From: Thermoanaerobaculia bacterium
Lineage (GTDB): Bacteria; Acidobacteriota; Thermoanaerobaculia; Multivoradales; Multivoraceae
Direction of reading: 5' to 3'
NCBI GenBank assembly: GCA_963666565.1
Contig: OY762911.1
Coordinates: 4,576,001 to 4,640,000 of the forward strand
Length of the DNA stretch: 64,000 nt
A program made the translations under genes and the position numbers. Below the pieces are notes generated by a model. That model had not been told where the DNA came from, made no database searches, and saw only the letters and a program-made list of their open reading frames with translations. The number at the start of each line of letters is the position of its first letter. Positions within the stretch are counted from its first letter, which is position 1. Positions 10,412 through 20,935 of this stretch are shown piece after piece.

Positions 10412-11179
10412 ATGACTTCCCGCGACGCCCAACGACTCTTCGATCTCTCAGGACGCACCGCCCTCGTCACCGGCGGCAGCCGCGGCCTCGGCCGCGAGAT
10501 GTCGCTCGCCTTCGCTGCCGCCGGGGCGAACGTCGTCGTCGCGAGCAGGAAGATCGACTCCTGCCGCGCCGTCGTCGCGGAGATCGAGTCGATGGGCCGG
10601 CAGGGCCTTGCTCATGCCTGCCACGTCGGCCGCTGGGACGAGGTGGACGCGCTGATCGACGCCGCGTACGAGCGCTTCGGCCAGGTCGACGTGCTCGTCA
10701 ACAACGCCGGCATGTCGCCGCTCTATCCGAGCCTCGCCGAGGTCAGCGAGGAGCTGTTCGACAAGGTCGTCGGCGTCAACCTGAAGGGCCCCTTTCGACT
10801 GGCCGCTGTGATCGGCGCGCGGATGGCGGAGGGCGACGGCGGCAGCATCGTCAACGTGACCAGCACCGCGGCCATCCACCCCAGCGCCAACGCGGAGCCC
10901 TACGGCGCGGCGAAGGCCGGGCTGAACGCGCTGACCGAGTCGCTGGCGCACGCCTACGGCCCGAAGGTCCGGGTCAACGCGATCATGCCCGGGCCGTTCC
11001 TCACCGACATCTCGAAGGCCTGGGACCTGGAGGCGTTCAACGAGCGGGCCAAGACCTCGATCGCGCTGGGCCGCGGCGGCGAGCCGGACGAGATCGTGGG
11101 CGCGGCCCTCTACCTCGCCTCCGATGCGTCGAGCTACACGACCGGCGCGATCCTGCGGATCGACGGCGGCAGCCGGTGA
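10412..11179 (+). CDS. Short-chain dehydrogenase/reductase
   Basis: TGGSRGLG, NNAG and YGAAK motifs. Confidence 0.92.
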   Translation: MTSRDAQRLFDLSGRTALVTGGSRGLGREMSLAFAAAGANVVVASRKIDSCRAVVAEIESMGRQGLAHACHVGRWDEVDALIDAAYERFGQVDVLVNNAGMSPLYPSLAEVSEELFDKVVGVNLKGPFRLAAVIGARMAEGDGGSIVNVTSTAAIHPSANAEPYGAAKAGLNALTESLAHAYGPKVRVNAIMPGPFLTDISKAWDLEAFNERAKTSIALGRGGEPDEIVGAALYLASDASSYTTGAILRIDGGSR

Positions 11180-11270
11180 CGATGGCGGGACCGAAGCGCC
11201 GGAGCGCCCCGGGCGCGCTCGCCCTGGCGTCCGGAAGTACGCGCCGGCCGCCAGGCTGACCCCCCGCGCG

Positions 11271-12050
11271 TCAGGCGCGGCGAACCGTCAGCCCGCCGTC
11301 GACCGGCAGCGCGACGCCGGTGATGAAGGACGACGCCGGCAGGCACAGGTGCAGCGTGCCGTGGGCCACCTCCTCCGGGTCGCCATAGCGGCGGAGCGCG
11401 GTGCGGCGTCGGGCGTAGATCTGCTTGTGCTCTTCGGGGATCCGCTCGGTCATCGCGGTGCGGATCGGGCCGGGGCAGATGCAGTTCACCGTGATGCCCT
11501 CCTTGCCCAGCTCCACCGCCAGCCCCCGGGTCAGGCCGATGACCCCGGTCTTCGCCGCGGAGTAGGCGCTGTTCATGGCCGTCGCGCCCAGCCCCTCGGT
11601 GGAGGCGACGTTGACGATCCGCGGCGAGTGGGACGTGCGGAGCCAGGGCAGCGCGGCCCGGATCGTCCGCTGGTGGGCGGTCAGCAGCACGTTCACGGTC
11701 TCCTGCCAGCGGGCCTCGTACTCGTCCGCGTCGATCGGGCCACCGCGCGAGATGCCGGCGTTGTTCACGAGGATGTCGATGCCGCCGTAGCGCTCCGCGA
11801 CCTCGGCGACGACGCGGCGGATCGCCTCCGGGTCGCCCACGTCCAGGGTCCAGGCTGTCGCTTCGCGGCCGGCGGCCTCGATCTCCGCCACGGTCGCCCG
11901 GACGCCTGCCGCGTCGATGTCCGTCGCGGCGACGTTGGCGCCCTCGGCCGCGAACAGCTTCGCCGTCGCCCGGCCCATGCCGGAGGCGCAACCCGTGATG
12001 AGAGCCGTCAGGCCCTCGACCGATCGGCTCAGCGTGCTCAGTTCCGTCAT
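11271..12050 (-). CDS. Short-chain dehydrogenase/reductase
   Basis: TGCASGMG, NNAG and YSAAK motifs. Confidence 0.92.
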   Translation of the reverse strand: MTELSTLSRSVEGLTALITGCASGMGRATAKLFAAEGANVAATDIDAAGVRATVAEIEAAGREATAWTLDVGDPEAIRRVVAEVAERYGGIDILVNNAGISRGGPIDADEYEARWQETVNVLLTAHQRTIRAALPWLRTSHSPRIVNVASTEGLGATAMNSAYSAAKTGVIGLTRGLAVELGKEGITVNCICPGPIRTAMTERIPEEHKQIYARRRTALRRYGDPEEVAHGTLHLCLPASSFITGVALPVDGGLTVRRA

Positions 12051-12161
12051 TCTCGGTGTCTCCTCGTATCTCCTCTCGTCGGCCGCGCAGCCGTCGCCGC
12101 TCGCGCGACGCCGTCCGTCAAGGCCGGCTCGGCCGTTTCATCCGTGCGGCCTCCGTGGGTC

Positions 12162-13568
12162 TCAAGAAGCTCCGCCGCCCGTCTCGACCCACGCAAGCGT
12201 GTCGTCCAGGGCGCGCCCGAAGCGCTCCAGGATCTCGTCGACGTCCGACGCCGTGACGACGAGCGGCGGGCAGAAGGCCACCGTGTCGCCGAGCGCCCGC
12301 AGGATGACGCCGTGCTCCAGGCAGCGGCGTTCCATGAAGGCGCCGACGCCTCGCTCCGGCGCGAAGGCCGCCCGCGTCGCCTTGTCCGCCACCAGTTCGC
12401 AGGCGCCGATCAGGCCCATGCCTCGGGCCTCGCCCACCAGGGGGTGATCGGCGAAGCGTGCCAGCCGCTCCTGGAAGTAGCCGCCGACGCGGGCCGCGTT
12501 GCCGTACACGTCCCGCTCCTCCATCAGTTCGAGGGCGCGCAGCGCCACCGCCGAGCAGACCGGATGGCCGGCATAGGTGTAGCCGTGCCCGAACACGCCC
12601 CAGCGTTCGCCCGCCTCGACGAGCACGTCGACCATCGAATCCGGCGCCAGCACCGCGCTGATCGGCAGGTAGGCGGAGGACAGGGCCTTGGCCAGGCTCA
12701 CCGTCGCCGGCTTCATGCCCATCGCCTCGGCCCCGAAGCGCGTGCCCAGCCGCCCGAAGCCGCAGATCACCTCGTCGTCGATCAGCGCCACGTCGTGCTC
12801 GTCCAGGACCGCCTGGATCCGCTCGTAGTAGCCCGCGGGCGGCACGACGACGCCCCCCGCGCCCATGACCGGCTCGGCGATGAAGGCGGCCACGGTCTCG
12901 GGACCCTCGGCGCGGATCAGGTCGTCCAGCTCGCGAGCCAGCCGTTCCGTGAACTCGTCCTCGGTCTCGCCGGGTTCCGCCTCGCGGTAGTGGTGCGGGC
13001 AGGTAACGTGGAGAATCCCCGGCAGCGGCAGATCGAAGCTCTTGTGGAAGGTCGGCAGACCGGTGAGGCTGCCGGCGCCGAGCGTCGAACCGTGGTAGGC
13101 CCGCCGGCGGCTGACGATCTTCTTCTTCTCGGTGCGGCCGAGGGCGTTGTTGTAGTACCAGGCGAGCTTGATCTGCGTCTCGTTCGCGTCCGAGCCCGAA
13201 ACGCCGAAGAACGCCTTGGCGTAGGGGATCGGGGCCATCTCCCGCAGCTTCTCCGCCAGCGCCACCGCCGGTTCGTGGCTCTTGCCGGCAAAGAGGTGCG
13301 TGTAGGAGAGGTCCCGCATCTGCTCCGCCGCCACATCGGCCAGTTCTTCCACGCCGTAACCCAGGGCGGTACACCAGAGGCCGGCCAGGCCCTCGATGTA
13401 CTCCCTGCCCTCCTCGTCCCAGACGCGGATGCCCTTCGCCCGGGCAACGACGAACGGGCCGTTGCGGCGATGATCCGCCAAGTGGGTCGTCGGGTGGAGG
13501 ACCGACTCGATGTCCCGTGCGGCGGTGCCGGCGGCGGTTGGCGATGCGACGGTCGCGGTCAGGCTCAT
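12162..13568 (-). CDS. Class III aminotransferase (omega-amino acid transaminase)
   Basis: SGSDANET, YHGST, DEVICGFGRLG and LAKALS motifs. Confidence 0.93.
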   Translation of the reverse strand: MSLTATVASPTAAGTAARDIESVLHPTTHLADHRRNGPFVVARAKGIRVWDEEGREYIEGLAGLWCTALGYGVEELADVAAEQMRDLSYTHLFAGKSHEPAVALAEKLREMAPIPYAKAFFGVSGSDANETQIKLAWYYNNALGRTEKKKIVSRRRAYHGSTLGAGSLTGLPTFHKSFDLPLPGILHVTCPHHYREAEPGETEDEFTERLARELDDLIRAEGPETVAAFIAEPVMGAGGVVVPPAGYYERIQAVLDEHDVALIDDEVICGFGRLGTRFGAEAMGMKPATVSLAKALSSAYLPISAVLAPDSMVDVLVEAGERWGVFGHGYTYAGHPVCSAVALRALELMEERDVYGNAARVGGYFQERLARFADHPLVGEARGMGLIGACELVADKATRAAFAPERGVGAFMERRCLEHGVILRALGDTVAFCPPLVVTASDVDEILERFGRALDDTLAWVETGGGAS

Positions 13569-13660
13569 GTCAACTCCCGTTTCGTGTGTCGTCGGCGCGC
13601 TCGACGGCGAGCGCTCCGGCCGGTTCGCGAGCGGGAGTCTACAGACGACGACCGCTGCCG

Positions 13661-14875
13661 TCAGAGGTCGGTGTCGCCCCGGAGCAGTTGGCGGGCGATC
13701 GTCCGGTTCATGATCTCGTTCGAGCCGTCGGCGACGTTGACCACCCGCAGCGCCTTCCAGGCCTCGGTGAGGCCGAGGTCGTTCGTGAAGCCCAGGGCGC
13801 CGTGGGTCTGCATCGCCCGGTCAACGGCTCGCAGCCCCGCCTGAACGGAGTACGCCTTGGCCATGCTGAGCTCCTTGATCGCGCGTTCGCCGCTGTCCAG
13901 CAACCGCGAAGCGTTCCGGCCCATCAGATGGGCGGCGTGCAGCTCGGTGGCCGACTCGGCCAGAGGGAACGTGACGCCCTGGTACTCGGCGATCGGGGCG
14001 CCGAAGGCTTCACGCTTCCGGGCGTAGTCGAGCGCCGTCTCGATCGCCCAGCGGCCGGCGCCGACGGCACGCGCCGAGTTGTAGACGCGGCCCAGCGAGA
14101 CGCCGTAGAGCGCGGCCGCCAGACCGCGATCGACTTCGCCGATGACCTGCCACGGCTCGACGCGGAGGTCCTCCAGCGCGATCTCCGCCTCGTCGCCGCC
14201 GATGTCGCCGAAGAGCGACACGACCCGCACCCGCCTGAAGCCTTCCGCGTCCGTGGGCACCAGGAAGGCGGTGATCCCTCGCTCGCCGGTGCGCGCGAAG
14301 AGCACGCAGCAGTCGGCGATCGGCCCGTGCGTGGTCCAGATCTTGCGGCCCTCGATCCGCCAGCCGTCGCCGTCCCGCTCGGCGCGGGTCGCAAGCGCCG
14401 ACAGGTCGGAACCGGCGCCGGGCTCCGAGAGCCCGAAGCACATGATCTTCGAGCCGTCCATCAGCCCCGGCAGGAAGCGCGCCCGCGCCCGGTCGGTGAG
14501 TTGCGACAGGAGCCGGCTGGGGCCGAACGCCCAGTGCGACATGACGTGCTGGAGGAGCCAGGGCCGAGGTCCCAGGCGGTGGAAAAGCGCCTGCCAGCCG
14601 GCGTAGTAGGCGAGATGACCGTGGCCGCCGCCGCCGAGTTCCCGGGGTACGCAGGCGGTGAAGATCCCTTCACGGGCCGAGGCGGTCCGGACCTCCCGGA
14701 TCAGGTCGACCGCCTCCGGGCGGAGACGGCCGCCCGCGTCGTAGCGGCGGCGCGGATCGTCGAGGAGATCGCCGTGCCGCTCGTGCCGCGGCAGCACCTC
14801 GCGCTCGGCGAAGTCGAGCGCCCGGTCGCGGAAATCCTCGATGTCCGAGGGCAGCGGCTCGGCGATCGCGGTCAT
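13661..14875 (-). CDS. Acyl-CoA dehydrogenase
   Basis: FGLSEPGAGSD, GRKIWTT, REAFGAPI and QTHGALG motifs. Confidence 0.93.
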   Translation of the reverse strand: MTAIAEPLPSDIEDFRDRALDFAEREVLPRHERHGDLLDDPRRRYDAGGRLRPEAVDLIREVRTASAREGIFTACVPRELGGGGHGHLAYYAGWQALFHRLGPRPWLLQHVMSHWAFGPSRLLSQLTDRARARFLPGLMDGSKIMCFGLSEPGAGSDLSALATRAERDGDGWRIEGRKIWTTHGPIADCCVLFARTGERGITAFLVPTDAEGFRRVRVVSLFGDIGGDEAEIALEDLRVEPWQVIGEVDRGLAAALYGVSLGRVYNSARAVGAGRWAIETALDYARKREAFGAPIAEYQGVTFPLAESATELHAAHLMGRNASRLLDSGERAIKELSMAKAYSVQAGLRAVDRAMQTHGALGFTNDLGLTEAWKALRVVNVADGSNEIMNRTIARQLLRGDTDL

Positions 14876-14904
14876 CGCGCGAAGCTAGCAGCCTCGCGAG
14901 TTGC

Positions 14905-14946
14905 TGGCCGCCTCCGGCGGCAGCGGGTCGGAAGACCCGCGCACCC
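14905..14946 (-). repeat. REP-like palindrome, family A
   Basis: Reverse copy of GGGTGCGCGGGTCTTCCGACCCGCTGCCGCCGGAGGCGGCCA. Confidence 0.85.
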
Positions 14947-14957
14947 GGTGGGCGCCG

Positions 14958-16676
14958 CTAGCCGCCGCCGAGAGCCCCGTCCAGGGCGTCGAGCTTCTCT
15001 TTCAGCACGCCCGACTCGGCCGCGACCGTGTCGCCAACGACGAGCGCCCGGTCGCTCTCGGCCTCGTACCGCGGCCACTCGGGCAGCCCTTCGCCGTTCG
15101 GGTCGCCGGTCTTCGCGAAGTTCGTCCAGTAGCTCGACAGCAGGTCGGCGATCTCATGGTCCCAAGCCTCCCAGTGGATCCCGACCAGGTCGGTGTTGCC
15201 GAAGACGTAGGCCAGATCGCCGGAGTGGTAGGCGCCCATCCGGCGCGGACCGCCTTCGCCGTCCAGGTCCGGCCGGTCCGGCAGGTACAGCCGGAACACC
15301 GGCGGCGCGTGCGGGATGTAGTAGAGGTAAGCGTCGCCGCCGGCCGCCGCGGCGTGCCGGACCCAGGTGCGGCTGCCCCAGGCGAAGATGGTGTCGGAGA
15401 AGATCAGGCCCGGCACCGCCCCGGGCGCCTGCTCCGCCTCGGAGGCGTAGGCGGCCAGGAGCCCCGCGGCGCCCTCGCCGTACTGCTCCTGCAACTGCCG
15501 TTCGAGCGCCGCGCGTTCGAGCGCCGGGCCGGGCGCGAACAGCGCCCGCGACTCGTCGCCCATGAAGCCGACCATCATCGGCACGCGGTTGTGTTCGCCG
15601 CGGGCGTAGATCGCAGCCGGCCGATCCGGCAGGTACCAGCCGTCGACGACCGTCTTCGCCCCGTCCGACCACCCGGAACTACCGGCGCCGGCCAGCACGT
15701 CCTCGGCCGAAGCGGCCCGCATGGCCGCGGCTGTCTCCTCGGCGGCGGCATCCTCCGCGGCGCCCGGTTCCGCGGCGCTATCTCCCGCGGCGCCCGGTTC
15801 CGAGGCAGTGTTCTCCGCAACGCCCAGTTCCGCGGCGAGCAGAACGCCCCGGCTCTCCGCCTGCTCCAGACCCTCGAGCGGAGTGAAGCAACCGGCCGAC
15901 TGGCCGATCGCGCGGTGGAACAGGCCTGTCGCCAGCGGCGACGCGACCAGGCTGCACACGCTCATCGAGCCCGCCGACTGGCCGAAGATCGTCACTCGCT
16001 CCGGGTCGCCGCCGAACGCCGCCGCGTTGTCGCGCACCCAGCGGAGCGCCGCGATCTTGTCGAGCAGGCCGTAGTTGCCGGACGACCCGTGCTCCGACTC
16101 GGCCGTCAGCGCCTCGTGGGCGAGGAAGCCGAACGGGCCGAGCCGGTAGTTGATCGAAACCAGCACGACGCCCTTGCGAGCCAGCGCGGCGCCGTCGAAG
16201 ATGAGGGACGACCCGTGCCCCACCTCGTGGCTGCCGCCGTGGAACCAGACCATGACCGGCCGCGGACCGGCGCCAGCGCCGGCGGCCGTCCACAGATCGA
16301 GGTAGAGGCAGTCCTCGCTGCGGTCGAGTTCGCCGCGGCTCCAGATGGACGTGTCGGGACCGATCGCCTGCCAGCACGGCGCGCCCGACGCCAAGGCAGG
16401 CCGCACGCCCTCCCACGATGCCGGCGGCTCGGGCGGCCGCCAGCGCAGGTCGCCCACCGGCGGCGCGGCGTAGGGAATGCCGCGGAAGACCAGCACGTCG
16501 CCGGCGGGACCGCGGCCGTCGTCGACCTCCGCGCCCTCGACCGCACCGTAGGAGGTCTCGACAACTACACCCAGATCAGGCTTGGCCGGCGCTCCGTCGC
16601 CGCCGCACGCGGCGACGGCAAGCGCCAGGGCGCACCAGGGGGACAGGGAAGCGCGGGGCGGCAAGAGCCGGCTCAT
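14958..16676 (-). CDS. Type-B carboxylesterase, probable lipoprotein
   Basis: SEDCLYL, FGQSAG and YHSGDL motifs; lipobox-like AVAAC; ATG overlaps the upstream stop. Confidence 0.92.
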   Translation of the reverse strand: MSRLLPPRASLSPWCALALAVAACGGDGAPAKPDLGVVVETSYGAVEGAEVDDGRGPAGDVLVFRGIPYAAPPVGDLRWRPPEPPASWEGVRPALASGAPCWQAIGPDTSIWSRGELDRSEDCLYLDLWTAAGAGAGPRPVMVWFHGGSHEVGHGSSLIFDGAALARKGVVLVSINYRLGPFGFLAHEALTAESEHGSSGNYGLLDKIAALRWVRDNAAAFGGDPERVTIFGQSAGSMSVCSLVASPLATGLFHRAIGQSAGCFTPLEGLEQAESRGVLLAAELGVAENTASEPGAAGDSAAEPGAAEDAAAEETAAAMRAASAEDVLAGAGSSGWSDGAKTVVDGWYLPDRPAAIYARGEHNRVPMMVGFMGDESRALFAPGPALERAALERQLQEQYGEGAAGLLAAYASEAEQAPGAVPGLIFSDTIFAWGSRTWVRHAAAAGGDAYLYYIPHAPPVFRLYLPDRPDLDGEGGPRRMGAYHSGDLAYVFGNTDLVGIHWEAWDHEIADLLSSYWTNFAKTGDPNGEGLPEWPRYEAESDRALVVGDTVAAESGVLKEKLDALDGALGGG

Positions 16677-18301
16677 GCCGCGCCGGCCAAGTACTCGGAC
16701 GCCTCCGTCAGTTCCTCCGGCTCGGTGGCGCCCGCCCACGCATCGAGCAGCTTCCGGTACGACTCCGACGCCGCCGCGGCGTCGCCCGCGGCCGACTGCG
16801 CGCGGGCCAGCCCCAGCAGCGTACGAGGCCGGTTGGGGGTGTACAGCAACTGGTCTTCGAACTGCGCGATCGCGTCCTCCGGACGTTCGAGCTGCAGCAG
16901 CACCTCGCCGTAGAGCTCGCGGATCGGCTTGATCGGCGACGCCGCGCCCCGCGGCGGCGCCATCGTCGAAGCGACTTCGAGACCCGCCTCGAACAGTTCG
17001 ACCGCTCCGTCGGCGTCGCCCTCGGCCAGCCGGATCAGGCCGGCGACTTCGTGGTGCATCACCTGCGCGGGCTTGGGGCCGCGCTGGAACGTCGAGCTGT
17101 CGCCGCTCTGCCGCTCACCCGCCTTCTTGAGCCTCGCGGCGGCTTCACGGGCAAGGTCGAGTTCGCCAGTGTGGACTGCCGAGATCCCGGTCGCCAGCAG
17201 TTCCGAACTGGCCGTGTCGTCGGTGATCTCGCGCGTTTCCCACTCCTCCGTCTCCACGATGTAGCGGGCCCGCACCAGCGGCACGGTGTTCTCGGCCCAA
17301 TCGCTGTCGGTACGCTCGACCAGATCGTCGAGCTCGGCGATCCACTCCCTCGCCTTGGCGTAGTCGCCGCGCTGCAGGTCCCCGTACTGCCCCCAGTCGA
17401 GCGAGTGGACCATGTCGCTGACGCGCTCGCCCGGATCCCAGAGGGCCACCGCGGCCTCGTAGGCGGAGTCGTTCGACTTCGACACCCGATCCCACATGCC
17501 GCGCTGGATGAAGATGTGCGACGGCATGTGCCGGGCGTGCGAGACGGCGGCCGCGATGTCGGCGAAGCGATACGCCGCCGGCAGCGCCAGCGGCGCATGC
17601 ACCGGATCGTCGAAGGCGTGGATGATGTAGTGGGCCGCGCCGGGATGGTTCGGGTTGCGCTCGAAGACGCCGAGACCGATCGACCCCGCCATGACGTTCA
17701 GCCGGAAGGTGTCGTCGTCGAGCGGCCCGACCGCCTGCAGCAGCGACAGCGCGTAGAACGCGGCGACTTCGTCGTCGTCCGGGTAGCTCTCGTACAGCCG
17801 CTCCATCGCCTCCATGTAGGCGATGCGCCGCTCGACCAGTTCGCCTTCGCCGAACAACTCCTCGACCGCGGTCAGGAAGCCCCGTTCGCGCTCGTCGCCG
17901 GCCTTGGCCGCCCGTTCCTCGCGGGTCTCGCCGAGCCGCGCCAGGGCTTCGCGCGGCGACTCGAGATCCCGTTCCGGCATCAACGGATGGTTGTAGGTCA
18001 GCGTCTCGCCCCAATACGCGAGCGCGAAGTCGGGCTCGATCTCCTGGGCGGCGTGGAACTGCTCGCGCGCCTGCTCGTAGCCGAAGCTGTGCAGGATGGC
18101 GACGCCGCGGATGAAGTGCTTCTGCGCGTCCTCGCCGGCCGAGGTCGGGAAGTCGATGGAGCCGACGTCGACCGAGGCGTCGAAGTCGGACACGTCGCTG
18201 GCGGCCTCCGCCTCCGAACTGGCGCCGGGAACGCAGCCCGCGGCCACCAGCAGGGTCGACACGACCGGCAAGACGGTGAAGAGGAACGCTGGACGAGTCA
18301 T
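16673..18301 (-). CDS. TPR-repeat lipoprotein
   Basis: Lipobox-like VAAGC; LHSFGYEQA, HPGAAHYIIHAFD and HARHMPSHIF conserved motifs; helical repeats. Confidence 0.8.
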   Translation of the reverse strand: MTRPAFLFTVLPVVSTLLVAAGCVPGASSEAEAASDVSDFDASVDVGSIDFPTSAGEDAQKHFIRGVAILHSFGYEQAREQFHAAQEIEPDFALAYWGETLTYNHPLMPERDLESPREALARLGETREERAAKAGDERERGFLTAVEELFGEGELVERRIAYMEAMERLYESYPDDDEVAAFYALSLLQAVGPLDDDTFRLNVMAGSIGLGVFERNPNHPGAAHYIIHAFDDPVHAPLALPAAYRFADIAAAVSHARHMPSHIFIQRGMWDRVSKSNDSAYEAAVALWDPGERVSDMVHSLDWGQYGDLQRGDYAKAREWIAELDDLVERTDSDWAENTVPLVRARYIVETEEWETREITDDTASSELLATGISAVHTGELDLAREAAARLKKAGERQSGDSSTFQRGPKPAQVMHHEVAGLIRLAEGDADGAVELFEAGLEVASTMAPPRGAASPIKPIRELYGEVLLQLERPEDAIAQFEDQLLYTPNRPRTLLGLARAQSAAGDAAAASESYRKLLDAWAGATEPEELTEASEYLAGAA

Positions 18302-18444
18302 CTGGATCTCCTTCCGGGCGCGGGCGGCGCCCGTGTTGCGTCGAATGGCGGAGAGGAAGCGCACCCTCTATCGTAGGACAAAGAGCGCCGGAATCCCTAG
18401 CTCCTCGGTATTCTGGCCTAGGAAGATCCTCGCCAGACCACGCC

Positions 18445-20925
18445 ATGTCCACGATGAAACACGGTACGGCAGTCCTGGCTGTCGCGTGGGCCGTCGCGGC
18501 CGTGCCCGGCACGGCCCAGCCGCCGCCGGACATCAGCGACGGCTGGCATCGCTCCGTGCCGGCGCACCAGGGGCTGGACGAGTCCGCGGTCCGGGAGATC
18601 TTCGACCGGGTGCGAACGCAGTCCGACTACGAGAACGTTCGCGGCGTCGTCATCGTGCGCCACGGCACGCTGGTGGCCGAGACCTACTTCGGCGGCTTCA
18701 CGAACGCCAGCCTGAAGAACGTCCACTCGGTGAGCAAGAGCGTGACCTCGCTCGCGGTCGGCGTCGCCCTCGACCGCGGCCTGCTGCCGGGGGTCGACGC
18801 GCGGCTGGCGGACCTGCTGCCGCACTACGCCCACCGGCTGGCCGAGCCGCCGAAGGATCGGCTCACCCTGCGCCACGCGCTGAACATGACCGCGGGACTC
18901 GCCTGGAACGACACGGACTCCGCGTTCTGGAACAACGCGGACAGCGTCGACTACGTGCTGACCCGCGACGTCGTGGCCCAACCCGGCGCCGCGTACGAGT
19001 ACTCGAGCGGCCTCAGCCACGTGATCGCCGAGGTGAACAACCGGGCGACCGGTCAGAGTCACCTCGCGTTCGTGCGGAAGCACCTGTTCGGGCCGCTCGG
19101 CATCGCGACCGCTACCTGGGACACGGACCTTTCCGGCCGTTACTGGGGCGGAACCGGGCTCCGGATCCGGCCGCGCGACATGGCCAAGATCGGCCAGCTC
19201 GCGCTGCAGGAGGGCCTGTGGGAAGGCCGGCGACTCGTGTCGCGCGAGTGGATCGCCCAATCGACGCGCGGCCAGACCGCCGACATCGCCGAGGCGCCGA
19301 ACTACGGCTACCAGTGGTGGATCCGGCCCCAGGGGCGCTACCTGGCGCACGGCTACAACGGGCAGTACATCGGCGTCGATCCCGAGGCCGACATCGTGAT
19401 GACGATGATCACGCTCTCCGAGCGGTCGCCGCGGCCGCGGGAGACCTACCGGTACTACTTCGAGCAGCTTCAGGATCTGGCCCGCGACGCGATTCGGCCC
19501 GAGCGGCGGGGCCGGTTCGAGGCGACGGCGGCGATCCCGGAAGCCGGTTCCGACCTGAACGGCATCACCATCGAGGTCAGGCGCGTGGGCGGCAGCGACG
19601 GCGCCGCGACCATCGCCTACGGAACCCGGAACGGCAGCGCCCGCGCCGGCCGGGAGTTCCGGCGCACCGAGGGCGAATTGCGCTGGGAGCACGGCGACGC
19701 CTCGGCGCGCACGGTCGAGATCCCGCTGCTTGCCGGTGCCGCGGGCGATGCCGCGCGCGACTTCCGCTTCGAGTTCGAGTCGATGAGCGGCGGCGTCGAC
19801 GCCCCCGGGCGGATGAGGTTGGAGCTGAGCCCCGGCGGGCGGCCGGCGAATCCGGCCGGATCGATCGAGTTCACGGGACCCGCGTTCCCCGGCCGCGAGG
19901 GCGGCGAGACCGTCATCGCGGTCGAACGCCGCGGCGGCACGCGGGGCGAGGTCGCCGTCCGCTACCGGACGCTGCCGCGCTCCGCCGCCGACTCGGACTT
20001 CAGCGCCGTGTCGGGCCGGCTCGCGTGGAAGGACGGCGAATCCGGCACGCGCCGGGTGGCCGTGCCGCTGATGGCCGACGACGAGATCGAACGCAGCGAG
20101 TTGTTCGATCTCGTCCTCAGCGACGTGGCCGGCGGCGCCGAACTGCCGGAACCGCGCGCCGTGGGCGTGATCCAGGACGCCACCGCCGGGCCCGGCTGCG
20201 AGAACGGCGACGGCGCTCTCTGCCTCTCCGGCGGCCGCTTCCGCGTCGAGGTCGAGTGGCAGTCGCAGCACGACGGCAGCCGGGGCACGGGCTCGCTGCG
20301 GCGGCTGAGCGACGAGAGCGGCGTCGCGACCTTCTTCTCGCCCGACAACGTGGAACTCGTCTTCAAGCTGCTCGACGGCCGCGGCGTCAACGACCACCAC
20401 TGGGTGTACTACGGCGCGCTCTCGGACGTCGAGTACTGGCTCACCGTGACGGACACGCTGCACGACCGGATCGTCGTGTACCGCAACCCGCCCGGCGAGA
20501 TCTGCGGGCGCGGCGACTCGAAGGCGTTCGCGGCGGTAGGCGGCGCCGCGGCTGCTGTCGGCGCCCACCGGGAACCCCACAGCGACGAGGGCTGCGCTCC
20601 CGGCACCCTGTGCCTGCTCGACGGCCGCTTCGAGGCGACCGCCGAGTGGAGCACCGCCGACGGCCGCATCGGCGCCGGCACGCCCATCGCGGACACCGAC
20701 GCCACCGGCTACATGTGGTTCTTCTCTCCCGGCAACATCGAACTCGCGGTCAAGGCGCTCGACGGCACGGCGATCAACAACGCTTTCTGGGTCTTCGCCG
20801 CCGGCCTCACCGACGTCGACTACCGGCTGACCGTCACCGACACGGCGACCGGGGCATCGAAGACGTACTCCAACCCGAGCCGCCCGTTCTGCGGCCTCGG
20901 CGACACGACCGCGTTCCCGCAGTAG
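18445..20925 (+). CDS. Secreted serine hydrolase (beta-lactamase fold) with Calx-beta domains and two C-terminal CL..GRF.V.W repeats
   Basis: Signal peptide; SVSK (SxxK), YSS and HGYNG motifs; VERRGG..G.VAVRY..DF..G.L.W.DGE Calx-beta pattern; duplicated C-terminal domain. Confidence 0.85.
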   Translation: MSTMKHGTAVLAVAWAVAAVPGTAQPPPDISDGWHRSVPAHQGLDESAVREIFDRVRTQSDYENVRGVVIVRHGTLVAETYFGGFTNASLKNVHSVSKSVTSLAVGVALDRGLLPGVDARLADLLPHYAHRLAEPPKDRLTLRHALNMTAGLAWNDTDSAFWNNADSVDYVLTRDVVAQPGAAYEYSSGLSHVIAEVNNRATGQSHLAFVRKHLFGPLGIATATWDTDLSGRYWGGTGLRIRPRDMAKIGQLALQEGLWEGRRLVSREWIAQSTRGQTADIAEAPNYGYQWWIRPQGRYLAHGYNGQYIGVDPEADIVMTMITLSERSPRPRETYRYYFEQLQDLARDAIRPERRGRFEATAAIPEAGSDLNGITIEVRRVGGSDGAATIAYGTRNGSARAGREFRRTEGELRWEHGDASARTVEIPLLAGAAGDAARDFRFEFESMSGGVDAPGRMRLELSPGGRPANPAGSIEFTGPAFPGREGGETVIAVERRGGTRGEVAVRYRTLPRSAADSDFSAVSGRLAWKDGESGTRRVAVPLMADDEIERSELFDLVLSDVAGGAELPEPRAVGVIQDATAGPGCENGDGALCLSGGRFRVEVEWQSQHDGSRGTGSLRRLSDESGVATFFSPDNVELVFKLLDGRGVNDHHWVYYGALSDVEYWLTVTDTLHDRIVVYRNPPGEICGRGDSKAFAAVGGAAAAVGAHREPHSDEGCAPGTLCLLDGRFEATAEWSTADGRIGAGTPIADTDATGYMWFFSPGNIELAVKALDGTAINNAFWVFAAGLTDVDYRLTVTDTATGASKTYSNPSRPFCGLGDTTAFPQ

Positions 20926-20935
20926 CGTCGCGCCG

